Positions 1-13,034 of a stretch of 64,000 bases of DNA are shown here, one piece after another. The translations under genes and the position numbers were made by a program. Source of the stretch: Obrimoposthia wandeli. Taxonomy: Eukaryota. The stretch is taken from assembly GCA_977020255.1 (NCBI GenBank), contig CDROCS010002027.1:1-64000 (forward strand), in the 5' to 3' direction. Numbering within the stretch: position 1 is the first letter of the stretch; every line of letters begins with the position of its first letter. Under the pieces are notes generated by a model. The model ran no database searches. It was not told the origin of the DNA and worked only from the letters and a program-made list of their open reading frames with translations.

Positions 1-1132
1 TATTACTAGCTTGCTGCTGTGCAGTGAACGAAAGACTCGTCATGCAATGATAATGCCGCTTTCTGCTAGTATCACTCTTTGTTTGGTTCAAAAGTATTGT
101 TACCTTCAAGAATGCACAACCACCACCACTCTGAACACCCACTTTTTAACTGCAATCAATAATACTCAGCAAATTAGACTTAACGCACCAAAAAATGTTT
201 ACTAATACTGCTTTAACATTTGAATCAGATAAGATGATTTTGAATGCTTCGGTAACACGCTCTTTTGTTGCTCCGCCCCCAACATCTAGGAAGTTAGCCG
301 GGAAACCGCCATTAAACGCGACGATATCCATAGTCCCCATGGCTAAACCAGCGCCGTTTACCATGCAACCAATAGTACCGGTAAGTGCTACATAGTTAAG
401 CTCCCAAGAAGCCGCATGCGCTTCGCGCTCATCTTCTTGTGATGGATCGTGCATTTCTTGCAGATCTTTATGGCGATACATTGCGTTGCTATCGATAGAA
501 AGCTTTGCATCAAGACAGTGCAAGTTACCTTCGTCGGTAATAACCAGTGGGTTTACTTCTAAAAGATCGAGATCTTTTTCAACAAACAACTTAGCTAGAC
601 CAAGGAAAATTTTAGGCAAATTGTTACTTGCGTTGCCAAGTTCCAACTGAAAGCCATTCAATGTGCTTACAAGGCTGAGCACCTTGTTAGTAGATCTGAT
701 AGTTGCCTTTGCCTCTCAGGCGTTGCCTCGGCAACTTTTTCGATCTCAACACCACCTTCAGTAGACGCCATGAACACAACACGGCGGCTTGAACGGTCGA
801 TAACTGCACCCAAATATAGCTCTTGAGCGATATTATCTGCATGTTTCTGGCGAATGGGCAACTGGCCGACCATTTTCGCCGCTGTATGTTACTGTTTGTT
901 CAACCAAAAGAAGCGGTAAATTTTTTAAGCTTTCAGCTGATTTAACTAATTTAACACCGCCCGCTTTACCGCGACCACCTGCGTGAACTTGAGCTTTAAC
1001 CACCCATTGCTCACCGCCAATTTTCTGTACAGCTTCTGCAGCTGCTTCCGGAGTGTCTACAGCGTATCCTTTAGATACCGGTAAACCATACTGTGCAAAC
1101 AATTGCTTGCCCTGATACTCGTGAAGATTCAT
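1..1132 (-). pseudogene. sucC: Succinyl-CoA synthetase beta subunit, broken into at least 3 frames (833-1132, 667-873, 146-682, plus a degraded tail); probably sequencing/assembly error rather than true decay
   Basis: [55 protein letters not shown] and [15 protein letters not shown]...NFLDVGGGA are SucC motifs spread over different frames; expected position after lpdA. Confidence 0.85.
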
Positions 1133-1510
1133 GCGTATTATCCGTGTATTTTCACTAATTTAAAGACTTTGAGAGTACTTAAAAGTACTCCAGCAATTAA
1201 CTGTTTTGAACAGCTAACCGCAAAGTCTACGAACAGGCTTTAACACCTTGTAGTACTGCCGAGCAAAACACACACTCAAATTAAAATTTAAGTTAAATAT
1301 TTAGCGCCGGGGTACTGGCTAATAAACAGAACGCTTATTAGCACTTTGTCCCGTAATATTAAAATTTCACTTAAGTGTGAAGCTAAATAAGTAAATTTTT
1401 GAAATTACGGTGAATTCTTATACTGTATTCAGCTTAATCGATCACTCGATCAAGCCGAAAGCAGTATAGCAAAATATCATTTAAGATTTAACCTAGACAA
1501 AGGTCAAATA

Positions 1511-2962
<1,452 letters not shown>

Positions 2963-3009
2963 TTAGTATGCAAGCGAGAAAGCTCACACTTAAAAATAGA
3001 AAAAGGGAG

Positions 3010-3176
3010 CTAGCAGCCTGTCGGACTTAACACTAATCTACTGCGAAAAATCAGAATTTGGCCATATTTCCAGCTCTTTCTCGTTAAATAGCTCGCTATT
3101 CGCCTCAAAAGACCAAGAAATCTATCTCAAATCTACTTTTTCTCGCTACGATCGGCCAAGCCCGACAGACTGCTAG
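3010..3176. mobile_element. MITE-like element (159 bp, 3014-3172) with imperfect 15-bp terminal inverted repeats and flanking CTAG direct repeats
   Basis: CTAG(3010-13)-CAGCCTGTCGGACTT(3014-28)...AAGCCCGACAGACTG(3158-72)-CTAG(3173-76); 13/15 arm match; no ORF inside. Confidence 0.7.
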
Positions 3177-3332
3177 CGCTCCCTAGAAAGTTGTCGTAAA
3201 TTACTGCGCTGAACAACACTGTTTCAAACTAGGCTTAACATGCTAATTTATAAATAAAAACTTAGCTATTACACCAACTCTAACCTTGTCATCTATGCGC
3301 TCTTTACCTTTTACGACAACCTCATTAGTGGC

Positions 3333-4532
3333 TTAGATATCCAGCAATATACGTGCTGGATCTTCTAACATATCTTTGATAGCCACCAAGAACTGCACCG
3401 CTTCTTTACCATCACACATGCGGTGATCGTAAGAAAGGGCCAAGTACATCATCGGTTGTATAACCACTTGTCCATTTACTGCCATTGGCCGCTCTTGGAT
3501 TTTGTGCATACCTAAGATAGCCGTTTGTGGCGGGTTCAAAATCGGGGTGGATAGTAGTGATCCGAAAACACCGCCATTGGTAATAGTAAACGTACCACCG
3601 GCCATATCATCCAAGCCCAATTTGCCATCACGACCGCGCAGTCCAAAGTCACGAATAGTTGACTCTATTGTCGCCAGCCCCATGCTATCAGTGTCTCTTA
3701 ATACCGGTACCATTAAGCCACGGTCCGTTGATACGGCTACACCGATATCTTGGTAACCATGGAAAACCATATCGTTACCGTCTATTGATGCATTGACTGC
3801 AGGATAGCGCTTTAACGCTTCTGTCGCCGCTTTTACAAAGAAAGACATAAAACCTAAACGCGTATCATGGGTTTTTTCAAACAGATCTTTGTATGTTTTA
3901 CGCATCTCCATAATAGGACCCATATTAACTTCGTTATACGTAGTTAACATGGCGGCTGTTTGTTGTGCTTCTACCAATCGCTTGGCGATAGTGGCGCGCA
4001 ATCTAGTCATTGGAACGCGTTTTTCAACACGTTCACCTGCCATAACAGCGGCTGGTGCAGCTGCTACAGCCGTTTTTGCGGCTGCTTTTACAACAGGTGC
4101 AGCAGCTGTCTTCATGAAGTTTTGTACATCTTCTTTGGTGACGCCACCGTTTTTACCCGTGCCTTTAATGTTGGCTGCATTTAAATTGTTTGCTTCAATC
4201 AATTTACGTGCTGCTGGACCTACTTTATCATCAGCATCCGCATCAGTATTTTCAGCTTCTGAGCTAGCAGCGGGTGCATTTTCAGCTCCTGCAGCGCCCG
4301 CTTCGAACATAGCGATTACTTGATCGGATAAAACGGTATCACCTTCACCGGCAATAATATTAACAATCACACCATCAGCAGGTGCTACCACTTCTAAAAC
4401 GACTTTGTCTGTTTCAATATCAACTATTAAATCATCAGCTGAACAAGCTTCACCTGGTTGTTTGTGCCAAGTCGCTACTGTGCCATCAGCTACAGATTCT
4501 GGAAAAGTAGGTGCTTTAATTTCGATGGACAT
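3333..4532 (-). CDS. sucB: 2-oxoglutarate dehydrogenase E2 (dihydrolipoamide succinyltransferase)
   Basis: Lipoyl domain IETDKV, Ala-rich linkers, catalytic SYDHR. Confidence 0.97.
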   Translation of the reverse strand: MSIEIKAPTFPESVADGTVATWHKQPGEACSADDLIVDIETDKVVLEVVAPADGVIVNIIAGEGDTVLSDQVIAMFEAGAAGAENAPAASSEAENTDADADDKVGPAARKLIEANNLNAANIKGTGKNGGVTKEDVQNFMKTAAAPVVKAAAKTAVAAAPAAVMAGERVEKRVPMTRLRATIAKRLVEAQQTAAMLTTYNEVNMGPIMEMRKTYKDLFEKTHDTRLGFMSFFVKAATEALKRYPAVNASIDGNDMVFHGYQDIGVAVSTDRGLMVPVLRDTDSMGLATIESTIRDFGLRGRDGKLGLDDMAGGTFTITNGGVFGSLLSTPILNPPQTAILGMHKIQERPMAVNGQVVIQPMMYLALSYDHRMCDGKEAVQFLVAIKDMLEDPARILLDI

Positions 4533-4570
4533 ATATGTTCCTTATTAAGCTCTATAAAACCCTTGCTTCT

Positions 4571-4603
4571 TAAAGTCGCCACAACTTTGCTGTGGCGACT
4601 TTA
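4571..4603. repeat. Perfect 13-bp inverted repeat (stem-loop) between sucA and sucB
   Basis: TAAAGTCGCCACA-actttgc-TGTGGCGACTTTA. Confidence 0.8.
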
Positions 4604-4620
4604 TACAAGAGGCTATTTGA

Positions 4621-7455
4621 TTAACCGTTGATAGCTTCTTCAACGAGATTTTTTTGCTGCTCTAAATGTACTGACATATAACCGACTGCGGGTGCAGCTG
4701 CGTGAGGACGCCCCACACCATGCAATTTAAGGCTAGGATGACTTTTTTCCAACACATTTCGAATACGATGCTGTGTGCTATACCAAGCGCCTTGATTCAT
4801 TGGTTCTTCTTGACACCAAACAATAGATTCAAGATGTTGGTAATCCTTAATAGATTCAAATAATGCATCATCTGGGAATGGATATAGCTGTTCTATACGT
4901 ACTATGGCTACATCACTGCGCTCTAACTCTTGACGTCTATTGTATAAGTCGTAATAAACCTTGCCGCCACATAGCACAACACGTTTAACTTTCTCTGCTT
5001 CAAGGTTGTCAGTTTCAGCTAAAACGGGCTCAAAAGTCCCTGTTGACAAATCTTCGATTGGCGAAGTTGCCTGACGGTGCCCTAATAAGCTCTTTGGAGA
5101 CATAACAATCAGTGGTTTACGCAGTGGTCTCACAATTTGACGACGTAGTAAATGGAATATCTGCGCCGGTGTCGTTGGCGTACATACCTGAATGTTATGC
5201 TCTGCACACATTTGCAAGAAACGTTCTAACCTTGCCGAGGAATGTTCAGGACCTTGTCCTTCAAAACCGTGTGGCAATAGCAGTGTTAAGCCACACAAGC
5301 GCTCCCACTTTTGCTCACCAGAGGTAATGAATTGGTCTATTACAACTTGCGCACCATTGGCAAAGTCACCAAACTGTGCTTCCCAAATAACCTGTACATT
5401 TGGCATTGTGGTCGCGTAACCATATTCAAATGCTAAAACAGCTTCTTCAGATAAGAAAGAATCGTAAAGTTCAAACGTAGGCTGATCCGGTGAAATGTTT
5501 TTAAGTGGCGTATAATCGCCTTGCTTAGCTTGGTTGTGCAAAACAGCATGGCGATGCGAGAATGTACCACGACCAACATCTTGACCGGTAAAACGTATTG
5601 GGAAACCTTCTGCCAAGGTCGTTGCATACGCCATTGTTTCAGCAAAACCCCAGTTACATTCGATTTCGCCCGACGCCATTTTTTTGCGGTTTTCATAAAT
5701 TTTCTGTACTTGACGCTGAACTATGAAACCTTCAGGTACTTCACTGAGTTTTACATTCAGCTCACGAATCAGTTTCAAATCAACCGCTGTGTCACATTCA
5801 AATGACCACTCTAATCCTAAATAGGGCTTCCAATCGACAAACAGCTTTGAGTTAGGCTTCATAACTAATGCTTTTGCTACATGTTCACCGTTTTCTAGTG
5901 CAGATCGGTAGTCCTTCTCCATTGCCTTGCTATCTGCAACACTGAGAATACCATCGTTGATCAATGCTTCAGAATATAAGGTGCGTGTTGTCTTCTGCTT
6001 TTTAATCGCTTCATACATACGCGGCTGAGTACCAAACGGCTCATCGGCTTCATTGTGCCCTCGACGTCGGTAACAGACAAGATCAATAACCACATCGCGT
6101 TTAAACTCATCACGGTAATCAACTGCTAATTGCGTAATAAAACGCACCGCTTCTGGATCATCACCGTTGACATGAAAAATAGGCGCCTGAATCATTTTCG
6201 CTACATCTGTGCAGTATTCCGTGGAACGTGCATCTTCTTTTCTAGAGGTAGTAAAGCCGACTTGGTTATTGATAACGATGTGGATTGTGCCACCCGTTTT
6301 ATAAGCGCGTGTTTGCGACATTTGGAAAGTTTCTGTCACAACCCCTTGCCCTGCAAAAGCAGCATCACCATGAATACTCACGGGGATAACGGTTGAGCCA
6401 TCTTTATCACCACGACGATCTTGACGAGCGCGCACTGAACCTTCAACCACAGGTGCTGCAATTTCAAGATGCGATGGGTTAAACGCCATCGCTAGATGAA
6501 CTTCGCCACCAGAAGTATTTACATTAGATGAAAATCCTTGATGATATTTAACATCACCCGATTTACTTTGAACCAGTTTTTTACCTTCAAACTCACCAAA
6601 TAAATCAGAAGGATTCTTGCCAAAGATATTAACTAATGTGTTTAAACGGCCACGGTGAGCCATGCCAATAATAATTTCTTTAGCGCCATTAGTACCGCCG
6701 CGCTGGATCATTTCATCCAAGACGATAATAAGTGACTCAGCCCCTTCTAAACCAAAGCGTTTAGCACCGGCGAAACGTGAGCCTAAATATTTTTCTAAAC
6801 CTTCAGCCGCGGTTAATCGCTCCAGAATATGAATACGATCTTCTTTGGATAGTTTAGGTTTACTGCGAGTTGGCTCTAAACGCTCTTGTATCCAACGTTT
6901 TTCAACCGTATCGACTATATGCATGTACTCTGAGCCAATTGATGCACAATAAGTTTGCTTTAAATCGACCAGTATTTGCCTAAGTGTTGCTGTCTGCGAG
7001 CCAAAACGTAACGTTCCCAAAGCGAAAACGGTATCTAAATCGGCATCGGTAAGCGTATGAAATGCCGGATCTAAATCAGCAATTTTTTCACGCTCTAATA
7101 AGTTTAAAGGATCAATGTTAGCTTCTTGATGGCCGCGTACACGATAGCCACTAATCATTCTTAAAACTAAAACTTGCTTAGCTTCATGTTCAGAAGAAAC
7201 ATTATTTACGGCTGTTGATTGCTGGATCTTTTCGCTTTTTGCGTACTCGCGAAACTGTTTAACGATAGGTGCTAGTTCGACATCCACTACGCTGTCGTAA
7301 GTAGCATCAGGCAGTTGATCAAATTCCTTACGCCATTCATCACTAACAGCGTTTGGGTCTCTTAAATATGTTTCATATAGCTGCTCTATGTAGGATAGAT
7401 TCCCACCGTAGAGATGCGCATTTTTCCACAACAACTCCATCATGCCTTCTTGCAT
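4621..7455 (-). CDS. sucA: 2-oxoglutarate dehydrogenase E1
   Basis: GMAHRGRLN, HGDAAFAGQG (TPP), WEAQFGDFANGAQ motifs; 944 aa. Confidence 0.98.
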   Translation of the reverse strand: MQEGMMELLWKNAHLYGGNLSYIEQLYETYLRDPNAVSDEWRKEFDQLPDATYDSVVDVELAPIVKQFREYAKSEKIQQSTAVNNVSSEHEAKQVLVLRMISGYRVRGHQEANIDPLNLLEREKIADLDPAFHTLTDADLDTVFALGTLRFGSQTATLRQILVDLKQTYCASIGSEYMHIVDTVEKRWIQERLEPTRSKPKLSKEDRIHILERLTAAEGLEKYLGSRFAGAKRFGLEGAESLIIVLDEMIQRGGTNGAKEIIIGMAHRGRLNTLVNIFGKNPSDLFGEFEGKKLVQSKSGDVKYHQGFSSNVNTSGGEVHLAMAFNPSHLEIAAPVVEGSVRARQDRRGDKDGSTVIPVSIHGDAAFAGQGVVTETFQMSQTRAYKTGGTIHIVINNQVGFTTSRKEDARSTEYCTDVAKMIQAPIFHVNGDDPEAVRFITQLAVDYRDEFKRDVVIDLVCYRRRGHNEADEPFGTQPRMYEAIKKQKTTRTLYSEALINDGILSVADSKAMEKDYRSALENGEHVAKALVMKPNSKLFVDWKPYLGLEWSFECDTAVDLKLIRELNVKLSEVPEGFIVQRQVQKIYENRKKMASGEIECNWGFAETMAYATTLAEGFPIRFTGQDVGRGTFSHRHAVLHNQAKQGDYTPLKNISPDQPTFELYDSFLSEEAVLAFEYGYATTMPNVQVIWEAQFGDFANGAQVVIDQFITSGEQKWERLCGLTLLLPHGFEGQGPEHSSARLERFLQMCAEHNIQVCTPTTPAQIFHLLRRQIVRPLRKPLIVMSPKSLLGHRQATSPIEDLSTGTFEPVLAETDNLEAEKVKRVVLCGGKVYYDLYNRRQELERSDVAIVRIEQLYPFPDDALFESIKDYQHLESIVWCQEEPMNQGAWYSTQHRIRNVLEKSHPSLKLHGVGRPHAAAPAVGYMSVHLEQQKNLVEEAING

Positions 7456-7940
7456 TTGCTGACCACCTTAAATTAGCAATCCAATAAGCGCATTTTTAGC
7501 TAAGTTAGCGATGAAAGTACAAAATACTCACAAAATAATCTAACTACTAAAAATCAAATTATGGGATTTACTGTCGTTTTCTTTAAATTACTTGCCAAAG
7601 TGCCATAAAACGGACATTACAATGTATATTGTAAACGTTTTATTAACGCCTTTACACCGCTAGGCACTGCATATTTAATCTATTTTTAATGATTTCATAC
7701 TTGTATTTATCATTGATAAAAAAATGACAACCTATTTAACTACTGCATAACTCACATTTATACAGCGATATAGACTAAATTATTAATATAACGCATAAAA
7801 ACAAATTAGGCTAAACATAATCTATAGCCATCTAGTTCGTAGATTCGCACTAATAAATAAGCTTTCACTCAAGTGCGTATTCCAACCTCTACACAGCATT
7901 TATTTTAAAACGCTAACTTTTATAACTACCTCGCTTCTAC

Positions 7941-8030
7941 CTTTCTATCGCTTTCTATCTTTCCATCTCTTTCCCGCTTTCCATCTTTCCATCTTTCCAT
8001 CTTTCTATCTTTCTATCTTTCTATCTCTTT
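7941..8030. repeat. Degenerate octamer tandem repeat CTTTC(C/T)AT, about 9-10 copies
   Basis: ctttctat/ctttccat units read directly in the sdhB-sucA intergenic region. Confidence 0.85.
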
Positions 8031-8068
8031 CGGCCTATTACCTTGCTATTTTTAATTATTTCAAAGCA

Positions 8069-8092
8069 AAAAAAAGGCGCACAATGCGCCTT
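8069..8092 (-). terminator. Intrinsic terminator after sdhB
   Basis: Minus strand AAGGCGC-attgt-GCGCCTT followed by a T run, 5 nt after the sdhB stop. Confidence 0.8.
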
Positions 8093-8096
8093 CTAT

Positions 8097-8801
8097 CTAA
8101 GTTGCTTTTTGTAACAGCATGTTGCGGATTTTGCCAATTGCCTTAGTTGGGTTCAACCCTTTCGGACAGACATTCACACAGTTCATAATACCGTGGCAAC
8201 GGAACACACTAAAAGGATCATCCAGATCAGCAAGACGCTCATCTTGGGCGGTATCACGTGAGTCCGCTAAAAAACGATAAGCTTGCAACAGTCCTGATGG
8301 CCCAATAAACTTATCTGGGTTCCACCAAAATGAAGGACAAGCAGTAGAACAACATGCACACAATATGCACTCATACAAACCATCTAACTCTGCACGCTCT
8401 TCAGGCGATTGTAAACGCTCAATAGCGGGTGCTGGAGTATCGTTAATTAAATAGGGTTTGATTTTTTCGTACTGTGCATAAAATTGTGACATATCAATCA
8501 CTAAGTCGCGTATAACCGGTAATCCCGGCAATGGGCGCAGCACAAGCTTGTCATTTTTAACCACAGCAGATAACGGCGTAATACAAGCTAAACCGTTTTT
8601 ACCATTCATATTCATACCGTCTGATCCGCAAACCCCTTCACGACAAGAACGACGATATCCTATAGACGGATCTTTATTTTTCAATAGCTGTAAAAGATCC
8701 AGCACCATGATGTCTTTACCACCGGGAATATCAATATGGATATCCTGCATATATGGCACATCATCAGCATCTGGATTATAACGATAAACACTAACTAACA
8801 T
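8097..8801 (-). CDS. sdhB: Succinate dehydrogenase iron-sulfur subunit
   Basis: SCREGVCGSDG, CILCACCSTACP, CHGIMNCVNVCP Fe-S motifs. Confidence 0.98.
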   Translation of the reverse strand: MLVSVYRYNPDADDVPYMQDIHIDIPGGKDIMVLDLLQLLKNKDPSIGYRRSCREGVCGSDGMNMNGKNGLACITPLSAVVKNDKLVLRPLPGLPVIRDLVIDMSQFYAQYEKIKPYLINDTPAPAIERLQSPEERAELDGLYECILCACCSTACPSFWWNPDKFIGPSGLLQAYRFLADSRDTAQDERLADLDDPFSVFRCHGIMNCVNVCPKGLNPTKAIGKIRNMLLQKAT

Positions 8802-8813
8802 CGCAATGACCTC

Positions 8814-10592
8814 TTAATATACACGAATTTTAGGTGGGAAAGGCTTCATGGTTTTAGGTGCGAAGTTAACCGCGCGCTTACCAATTGTCTTATCATCTGG
8901 GAAGAAAACAGAGTGACATAACCAGTTTTCATCATCACGATCTTCATAGTCATTACGTGCGTGAGCCCCGCGTGACTCTTTGCGAATTTCAGCAGCAATA
9001 GCCGTTGCCTCTGCAACTTCCATTAAGTTTTCTAACTCAAGTGCTTCAATTCTTGCCGTATTAAAAGACTGGCTCTTATCATCAAGCGCCAAGTTATCAA
9101 CACGCTTGCGCAGCTCTTTTAATAGACCAAGACCTTTAAGCATACTATCGCCATCGCGGAACACACCAAAATACAACTGCATAGTACTTTGTAAATCGGT
9201 GCGAACTTGTGCAACATCTTCACCACCAACACTATTATTCAAACGATTCAAACGCTGCATAGCGCGCTCTAAATCTTCATCAGTAGCATTAGCCACTTCA
9301 AAGCCTTCACGCATTTGGCGTTCTATTTCAATACCCGCAGCACGACCAAATACCACTAAATCAAGTAGCGAGTTCCCACCCAAACGGTTAGCGCCGTGTA
9401 CAGAGACACATGCAACTTCACCACAGGCAAATAAACCACGAATAACCGCGTCTTCGCCGCCATTCTCTTTGCTAGGAGATAGTGCTTGCCCTGCAATATT
9501 TGTTACAACACCACCCATCATGTAATGACAAGTTGGCACAACAGGGATCGGTTCTTTAATAGGATCTGCGGCGGCAAAGGTACGTGATAATTCAAGAATA
9601 CCTGGCAAACGTTCCTCAAGTACATCAGCACCTAAGTGATCGAGTTTGAGCATTACATGATCGCCGTTTTCACCACAACCACGTCCCGCTAATATTTCTA
9701 AAATCATAGATCGAGCAACAACATCACGTCCCGCTAAATCTTTAGCGTTAGGAGCATAACGCTCCATGAAGCGCTCACCATCTTTATTGATAAGATAGCC
9801 ACCTTCACCACGACACCCTTCAGTTACAAGTACACCAGCACCGGCTATACCTGTTGGGTGGAACTGCCACATTTCCATATCTTGACAAGGTACATTGGCG
9901 CGTATCGCCATACCCACACCATCACCTGTATTAATTAAGGCATTGGTAGTAGATGAGAATATGCGTCCTGCTCCGCCTGTTGCTAATACAGTTGCTTTAG
10001 CTTTAACGTAAACCGTTTCACCATTTTCAATATTAATAGCGATACAGCCAACAACGTCGCCATCAGCATTTTTAACAAGATCTACAGCATACCATTCATT
10101 TAAGAAGGTAGTACCCGCTTTCAAATTAGCTTGGTACAAGGTATGTAATAAGGCGTGGCCTGTTCTATCTGCAGCTGCACAAGTACGCGCCGCTTGACCG
10201 CCTTCACCAAAGTTTTTCGATTGTCCACCAAAAGGTCTTTGATAAATACGACCTTCTTCAGTACGCGAAAAAGGCATACCCATATGATCTAATTCGAAAA
10301 CAGCCTGTGGCCCGATTTGACACATATATTCAATTGCGTCTTGGTCACCTATATAGTCTGACCCTTTAACAGTGTCATACATATGCCAGCGCCAATCATC
10401 ATTTGGATCTGAACTTGCAATTGCACAGGTAATTCCGCCTTGAGCAGAAACAGTATGAGATCGAGTTGGAAATACTTTTGTAATACAAGCGGTTTTCAAT
10501 CCGCCTTGGGCAAGCTGTAATGCAGCGCGCATACCAGCACCACCACCACCAATGACGATACCGTCAAACGTAAGTGTACGAAGGTTACTCAT
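8814..10592 (-). CDS. sdhA: Succinate dehydrogenase flavoprotein
   Basis: [16 protein letters not shown] covalent-FAD motif, [17 protein letters not shown]. Confidence 0.98.
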   Translation of the reverse strand: MSNLRTLTFDGIVIGGGGAGMRAALQLAQGGLKTACITKVFPTRSHTVSAQGGITCAIASSDPNDDWRWHMYDTVKGSDYIGDQDAIEYMCQIGPQAVFELDHMGMPFSRTEEGRIYQRPFGGQSKNFGEGGQAARTCAAADRTGHALLHTLYQANLKAGTTFLNEWYAVDLVKNADGDVVGCIAINIENGETVYVKAKATVLATGGAGRIFSSTTNALINTGDGVGMAIRANVPCQDMEMWQFHPTGIAGAGVLVTEGCRGEGGYLINKDGERFMERYAPNAKDLAGRDVVARSMILEILAGRGCGENGDHVMLKLDHLGADVLEERLPGILELSRTFAAADPIKEPIPVVPTCHYMMGGVVTNIAGQALSPSKENGGEDAVIRGLFACGEVACVSVHGANRLGGNSLLDLVVFGRAAGIEIERQMREGFEVANATDEDLERAMQRLNRLNNSVGGEDVAQVRTDLQSTMQLYFGVFRDGDSMLKGLGLLKELRKRVDNLALDDKSQSFNTARIEALELENLMEVAEATAIAAEIRKESRGAHARNDYEDRDDENWLCHSVFFPDDKTIGKRAVNFAPKTMKPFPPKIRVY

Positions 10593-10595
10593 TGT

Positions 10596-10943
10596 TTAAA
10601 CACCCCAAATAATTTGAATAGCCCAAGCAACATAAACAAAGGTCATTAAACCTGTTATTGCTTGTACTAAAAAGCGAAGACCTGTCATTGGGATATAATC
10701 AGTGGTAACACACCATAAACCAATCCACGAATGGGCCGCGAAAGACAACACTAGTAACAGCGTAAAAATTCGCATCGCCATGTTTTCAAATAGCGATTTC
10801 CATTGATTAAAGTCCAAATCAGGGTTTAACAATAAATAGCCAACAATAAAAATTGTATAAGCTAGTAGTACTACTGCGGTGACGCGCTGTATCATCCAGT
10901 CGTATAGACCGCTGCGTCCGAAACTAGTGACATTAGTTACCAT
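10596..10943 (-). CDS. sdhD: Succinate dehydrogenase hydrophobic anchor
   Basis: GRSGLYDWMIQRVTA, HSWIG...TDY, three TM helices. Confidence 0.95.
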   Translation of the reverse strand: MVTNVTSFGRSGLYDWMIQRVTAVVLLAYTIFIVGYLLLNPDLDFNQWKSLFENMAMRIFTLLLVLSFAAHSWIGLWCVTTDYIPMTGLRFLVQAITGLMTFVYVAWAIQIIWGV

Positions 10944-11314
10944 ACCCAGACCCCCGCTAGTAATATTAATACTCCGGCAATAGCCAGAGCAGCTTTGGAA
11001 GCGAACATGCCGCTTTCAAGTTCTTCGAAGTGACCAGCATCCATAAATAGATGCTTGACGCCAACAACGCTATGATAGATCAGTGCCGAGAGAAGCCCCC
11101 ATGCGATTAATTTCGCAAAAAAACTTTCTTCAAACATAGTCACTGATGCTTGGAAACCCGCTTCAGATTCTAACGATAACCCCAATGCATACATCATAAA
11201 AACAGCACCAAAAAAGAGTGCTATACCGGAAATACGATGTAGTATTGAAGTCACCGCGGGAAGCGGCATATGAATGGTGCTAAAGTCTAAATTTACTGGT
11301 CTTTTTTTATTCAC
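10937..11314 (-). CDS. sdhC: Succinate dehydrogenase cytochrome b556 subunit
   Basis: RPVNLD, SILHRISG, YH..G.KHL.MD. Confidence 0.95.
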   Translation of the reverse strand: MNKKRPVNLDFSTIHMPLPAVTSILHRISGIALFFGAVFMMYALGLSLESEAGFQASVTMFEESFFAKLIAWGLLSALIYHSVVGVKHLFMDAGHFEELESGMFASKAALAIAGVLILLAGVWVW

Positions 11315-11710
11315 GGCTCATTTCACACTTGTTATGGTTTCTATGAACAAGGCTAAGGGATATCTTTTTAGTTATTATTTACTTTAGCCCTTCCTTCTTC
11401 GAAGCAGAAAAAACTGCATTTTTATTATAGCTATTTCATCCACTTTGCACAACGCACAGCTCACAACTACCTACAATTTCTAAAGATTATATGTATATTT
11501 AGTATCAGCTTATTACATTAAGCTTATATTGCTTCATTTAAAACATACGGGCACAATGACCGCTCTAATAAACAGTTTGTGTGTGTTTTTGTTGACAAAC
11601 TCGTCTTAAACCCTATATTTAAGGCGCTATTATATGCCGCATTTGATTATCGCTTCCCAGCTATAATTAATCCTAGCATGCAAAATCTAATATTTTTTAA
11701 GGAGCACTCC

Positions 11711-12991
11711 ATGGCTGATAAGATCGCAAAACTACGTGTCGATGGCTTTGATACTGAGATTGAACTACCCGTATATTCAGGATCTGAAGGCCCAGATGTA
11801 GTAGACGTTAGACCTTTAACTCAGCAAGGTTTATTTACCTACGATCCAGGTTTTGTTTCAACTGCAGCTTGTGAATCTAAAATCACCTATATAGATGGTG
11901 AGAAAGGTATTTTGTTGCACGCAGGCTACCCAATTGAACAGTTAGCAAATGACTCTAACTACTTAGAAACTTGTTATTTATTACTTAACGGCGAATTGCC
12001 GACCGAAGAACAACTAGCCGTTTTTGTTAAAATCGTTAAAGGCCATACGATGGTGCATGAGCAAATGCATCACTTTTTCCAAGGATTTCGTCGCGATGCG
12101 CATCCTATGTCTATCATGGTCGCTGTAGTAGGCGCACTGTCAGCGTTCTACCATGACTCTCTTGATATCAATGACGCTAAACATCGTGAAGTTTGTGCGT
12201 TCCGCCTTATTGCAAAAATGCCTACGATTGCCGCGATGTGTTACAAATACAGCATAGGCATGCCCTTCCAATATCCGCGCAATGACTTGAATTACGCTGA
12301 AAACTTTTTGCATATGATGTTTGGCAACCCATGCGAAGAGTACATGCCCAGCCCAATTCTATCTAAGGCAATGGATCGCATATTCTTACTACACGCAGAT
12401 CACGAACAAAACGCTTCTACCTCAACCGTACGTTTAGCCGGCTCTTCTGGTGCTAATCCTTTTGCTTGTATCGCAGCGGGTGTAGCAACACTTTGGGGCC
12501 CTGCTCACGGCGGAGCAAATGAAGCCGTTTTAAACATGCTAGAAGAAATCGGTGATGCCGAGAACATCCCCGCTTTCATCGACCGCGCTAAAGATCCCGA
12601 AGATAGCTTTCGTCTAATGGGCTTTGGACACCGTGTTTATCGCAATTTTGATCCTCGCGCTAACGTAATGAAAACAACTTGTGATGAAGTACTTGCAGAG
12701 CTAGGCATTACTGACGATCCGATGCTAGAGATTGCAAAACAGCTAGAGCAAATAGCTCTGAAAGATGAGTACTTCGTTAAACGCAAACTCTATCCGAATG
12801 TTGATTTTTATTCAGGAATTATTTTAAAAGCGATTGGCATTCCAAGTAGCATGTTTACAGTAATTTTTGCCGTGTCGCGTACTATTGGCTGGATTTCTCA
12901 CTGGAATGAGTTTCACTCAGAGCCCAATAAAATTGGTCGACCACGCCAGCTTTATACTGGCCCAAGCAAAAGAAACTACCCAACTAAATAA
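11711..12991 (+). CDS. gltA: Citrate synthase (type II); true start at 11711 (MADKIAK), not the ORF-track start 11579
   Basis: [41 protein letters not shown]; TAAGGAG RBS before ATG 11711. Confidence 0.97.
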   Translation: MADKIAKLRVDGFDTEIELPVYSGSEGPDVVDVRPLTQQGLFTYDPGFVSTAACESKITYIDGEKGILLHAGYPIEQLANDSNYLETCYLLLNGELPTEEQLAVFVKIVKGHTMVHEQMHHFFQGFRRDAHPMSIMVAVVGALSAFYHDSLDINDAKHREVCAFRLIAKMPTIAAMCYKYSIGMPFQYPRNDLNYAENFLHMMFGNPCEEYMPSPILSKAMDRIFLLHADHEQNASTSTVRLAGSSGANPFACIAAGVATLWGPAHGGANEAVLNMLEEIGDAENIPAFIDRAKDPEDSFRLMGFGHRVYRNFDPRANVMKTTCDEVLAELGITDDPMLEIAKQLEQIALKDEYFVKRKLYPNVDFYSGIILKAIGIPSSMFTVIFAVSRTIGWISHWNEFHSEPNKIGRPRQLYTGPSKRNYPTK

Positions 12992-13034
12992 GCTAGTAAA
13001 CTTATTTTTTTAGTAACAGTACTTAGCTATAATG

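Noticed and set aside
11579-11710. N-terminal extensions from the ORF track (gltA; likewise nspC 55981-56022, VWA 14989-15021, pyrD 52305-52319)
   Set aside because: Downstream ATGs match family N-termini, with a clear RBS for gltA; the extensions are upstream in-frame starts
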